Assembly (NCBI RefSeq): GCF_000621645.1
Contig: NZ_JHXR01000011.1
Location: 30,001 to 62,000 of the forward strand
Direction of reading: 5' to 3'
Origin: Vibrio cholerae ATCC 14035
GTDB lineage: Bacteria > Pseudomonadota > Gammaproteobacteria > Enterobacterales > Vibrionaceae
Length of the DNA stretch: 32,000 bases
The notes under the pieces are model-generated. The model was not told the DNA's origin, ran no database searches, and worked only from the letters and a program-made list of their open reading frames with translations. Position numbers and translations under genes: made by a program. Each line of letters starts with the position of its first letter. Position 1 is the first letter of the stretch. Shown piece by piece: positions 30,199 through 32,000 of this stretch.

Positions 30199-31506
30199 TT
30201 AGATAAACAGACTGCCAAAGAGGAAGCCAAAGGCAACGGCGCTGGCGATGGTGACCACACCTGGAATAAAGAATGGGTGGTTAAATACATAGCTACCAAT
30301 ACGCGTTGAACCTGTGTCATCCATTTCTACCGCGGCCAACAAGGTTGGGTAGGTTGGCAGTACGAACAGGGCGCTCACCGCAGCAAAAGAGGCTACTGCG
30401 GTCAGAGGTGCTACACCAATCGCCAGTGCTGCAGGCATCAGCGCAACTGTGGTTGCACCTTGTGAGTAAAGCAGCATAGAAGCAAAGAACAGCACTAGTG
30501 CCAGCATCCATGGGTAGTCAGCCAGCAGAGTACCAGCCACTTCTTTGATGCCATCGACGTGCGCGTTGACAAACGTTGAACCAAGCCAAGCCACACCCAG
30601 CACACAGACACAGGCTGTCATACCTGAGCGGAAGGTTGAAGCGGCTGGAATTTGTGCTGCGTCAATCTTAGTCAGTAGCACAATACCGGCTGCAGCTGCG
30701 AGCATGAAGGTCATGATCGCTTCGTTACGGCCAAGCGCTGGGTTTTCGATTAGACCAATCGAGTTTGAAATCGCCGCCGCGTAGCACTCCACCAGAATGA
30801 TCGCGGTGAGGAAGATGTAAGTCGCGGTTTTCGCGGTTGGCAGAATTTCACGCTTCTGAGTACCCGCAAGCTTGATCAGACCTTGTGCCAGACGCTCTTG
30901 ATAAATCGGATCATCTTTCAGCTCGCTGCCCATAAAGTTGGCCACAAACGCACCGACCATACAGGCGGCGAAGGTAGTTGGGATACAGATCGCCAGCAGT
31001 GTTAAGTAATCCACACCAAACGGCACCAACATCGCGGCAAAGGCAACGACGGCCGCTGAAATCGGTGAAGCGGTGATCGCGATTTGTGAGGCAACAACAG
31101 CAATCGAGAGTGGACGTGAAGGACGCACGCCTTGACCTTTTGCCACTTCGGCAATCACAGGCAAAGTGGAAAATGCGGTGTGGCCTGTACCTGCCATCAG
31201 TGTCATCAGGAAAGTGACAATCGGAGCGTAGAAGGTGATTCTTTCCGGATGTTTACGTAGGAAGTTTTCGGCCAGTTGGACCAGCCAATCCATACCGCCA
31301 GCCACTTGCATTGCGGCAATTGCGGTGATGACCGACATGATGATCAAGATGACATCGACCGGAATAAAGGCTTGTTTAGTCGGTACGCCAAGGATTAATG
31401 ACAAGGCGATCACACCAGCACCACCGGCCAAACCAATGCCGATACCGCCAATCCGTGCGCCTATGAAGATGAAGAGGAGAACAATAGCCAGTTCGACCCA
31501 AATCAT
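30199..31506 (-). CDS. dcuA: Anaerobic C4-dicarboxylate transporter DcuA, 435 aa
   Basis: The product is colinear with E. coli DcuA as I recall it (VELAIVLLFIFIGARIGGIGIG, LPVIAEVAK, AITASPISAAVV, LLYSQ, PTYPTL.AAV.MDDTG.TRIG..VFNHPFFIPG). The gene is downstream of aspA, as in the E. coli aspA-dcuA arrangement. ATG 31506 has a GAGGT SD. Confidence 0.9.
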   Translation of the reverse strand: MIWVELAIVLLFIFIGARIGGIGIGLAGGAGVIALSLILGVPTKQAFIPVDVILIIMSVITAIAAMQVAGGMDWLVQLAENFLRKHPERITFYAPIVTFLMTLMAGTGHTAFSTLPVIAEVAKGQGVRPSRPLSIAVVASQIAITASPISAAVVAFAAMLVPFGVDYLTLLAICIPTTFAACMVGAFVANFMGSELKDDPIYQERLAQGLIKLAGTQKREILPTAKTATYIFLTAIILVECYAAAISNSIGLIENPALGRNEAIMTFMLAAAAGIVLLTKIDAAQIPAASTFRSGMTACVCVLGVAWLGSTFVNAHVDGIKEVAGTLLADYPWMLALVLFFASMLLYSQGATTVALMPAALAIGVAPLTAVASFAAVSALFVLPTYPTLLAAVEMDDTGSTRIGSYVFNHPFFIPGVVTIASAVAFGFLFGSLFI

Positions 31507-31596
31507 AATGATTACCTCATTTAAAGATGAAAAAATTATCTCAACACTCACCATAACGAGCGTTCAAATAATGCTTTCACCGCATTGAGTTTGATG

Positions 31597-31622
31597 AGAA
31601 AAGCCCCCAACAAAGGGGGCTT
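31597..31622 (-). terminator. Intercistronic terminator/attenuator between aspA and dcuA
   Basis: On the minus strand, aagccccc-tttgtt-gggggctt is followed by TTCTCATC. It lies 12 nt after the aspA stop. Confidence 0.6.
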
Positions 31623-31633
31623 AAACCGAACGA

Positions 31634-32000
31634 TTATTCGTAACGTTTTGCTTTGTACTGAGGATGCATCAGGTTCTCAACCGAGAAGATGTCATCGAGC
31701 TGCTCTTCAGTTAGCAAGCCGCGCTCAAGTACCACTTCGCGTACGCTCTTACCGGTTTCGGCACAGATCTTACCGACAATGTCACCCTCATGGTGGCCAA
31801 TGTATGGGTTTAAGTAAGTCACGATACCGATAGAGTTAAACACGAAGTTTTCACAGATTTCTTTGTTGACTGTGATGCCATCAATGCACTTGTCGCGTAG
31901 GTTGACACAGGCGTTAGTCAGCAGAGAGATAGACTCAAACATCGCTTGAGCAATCACAGGCTCCATGACGTTCAACTGCAGTTGACCCGCTTCTGCGGCG
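31634..32000 (-). CDS. aspA: Aspartate ammonia-lyase AspA, C-terminal part; 5' end lies outside the window
   Basis: The product is near-identical to the E. coli AspA C-terminus ([64 protein letters not shown]). The frame remains open to the window edge. Confidence 0.95.
   Translation of the reverse strand, partial: AAEAGQLQLNVMEPVIAQAMFESISLLTNACVNLRDKCIDGITVNKEICENFVFNSIGIVTYLNPYIGHHEGDIVGKICAETGKSVREVVLERGLLTEEQLDDIFSVENLMHPQYKAKRYE

Overview
The window reads as conserved chromosomal backbone of a Vibrio, probably the V. cholerae clade. That guess rests on gene order, protein sequences and ERIC-like repeats; I cannot verify the species. Gene order is: epsM-epsN (end of the T2SS operon) | cysQ-nudE, nfuA, comF (minus) | bioH | orphan ORF | tex (minus) | greB, ompR-envZ | xanP (minus) | recG-spoT-rpoZ-gmk (minus) | yhhQ | DUF4212 + SSS transporter pair (minus) | nhaP2 | NarL-type response regulator, dsbD, pullulanase, dcuA, aspA (all minus). 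I call about 27 protein genes, several with starts trimmed relative to the ORF track. I saw no rRNA, tRNA, CRISPR array, IS element, integrase, phage gene or recognisable defence or toxin-antitoxin module. I found no convincing evidence for a novel multi-gene system here and will not invent one. The points worth a second look are smaller. (1) A roughly 1213-codon lipoprotein pullulanase is broken by one frameshift near 28360-28372, yet all its catalytic motifs are intact. (2) A good candidate preQ1-I riboswitch overlaps the Shine-Dalgarno of yhhQ. (3) The xanP leader has a promoter flanked by two PurR boxes, separated from the start codon by a full-length ERIC-like element, and a 43-bp mini-ERIC sits after bioH. 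(4) An orphan 156-aa ORF lies between bioH and tex. (5) A structured 68-nt ompR-envZ spacer pairs with the envZ ribosome-binding site. (6) The divergent control region next to the DUF4212/SSS transporter pair and an orphan response regulator contains repeats. All coordinates were read by eye from the sequence; no searches were run.
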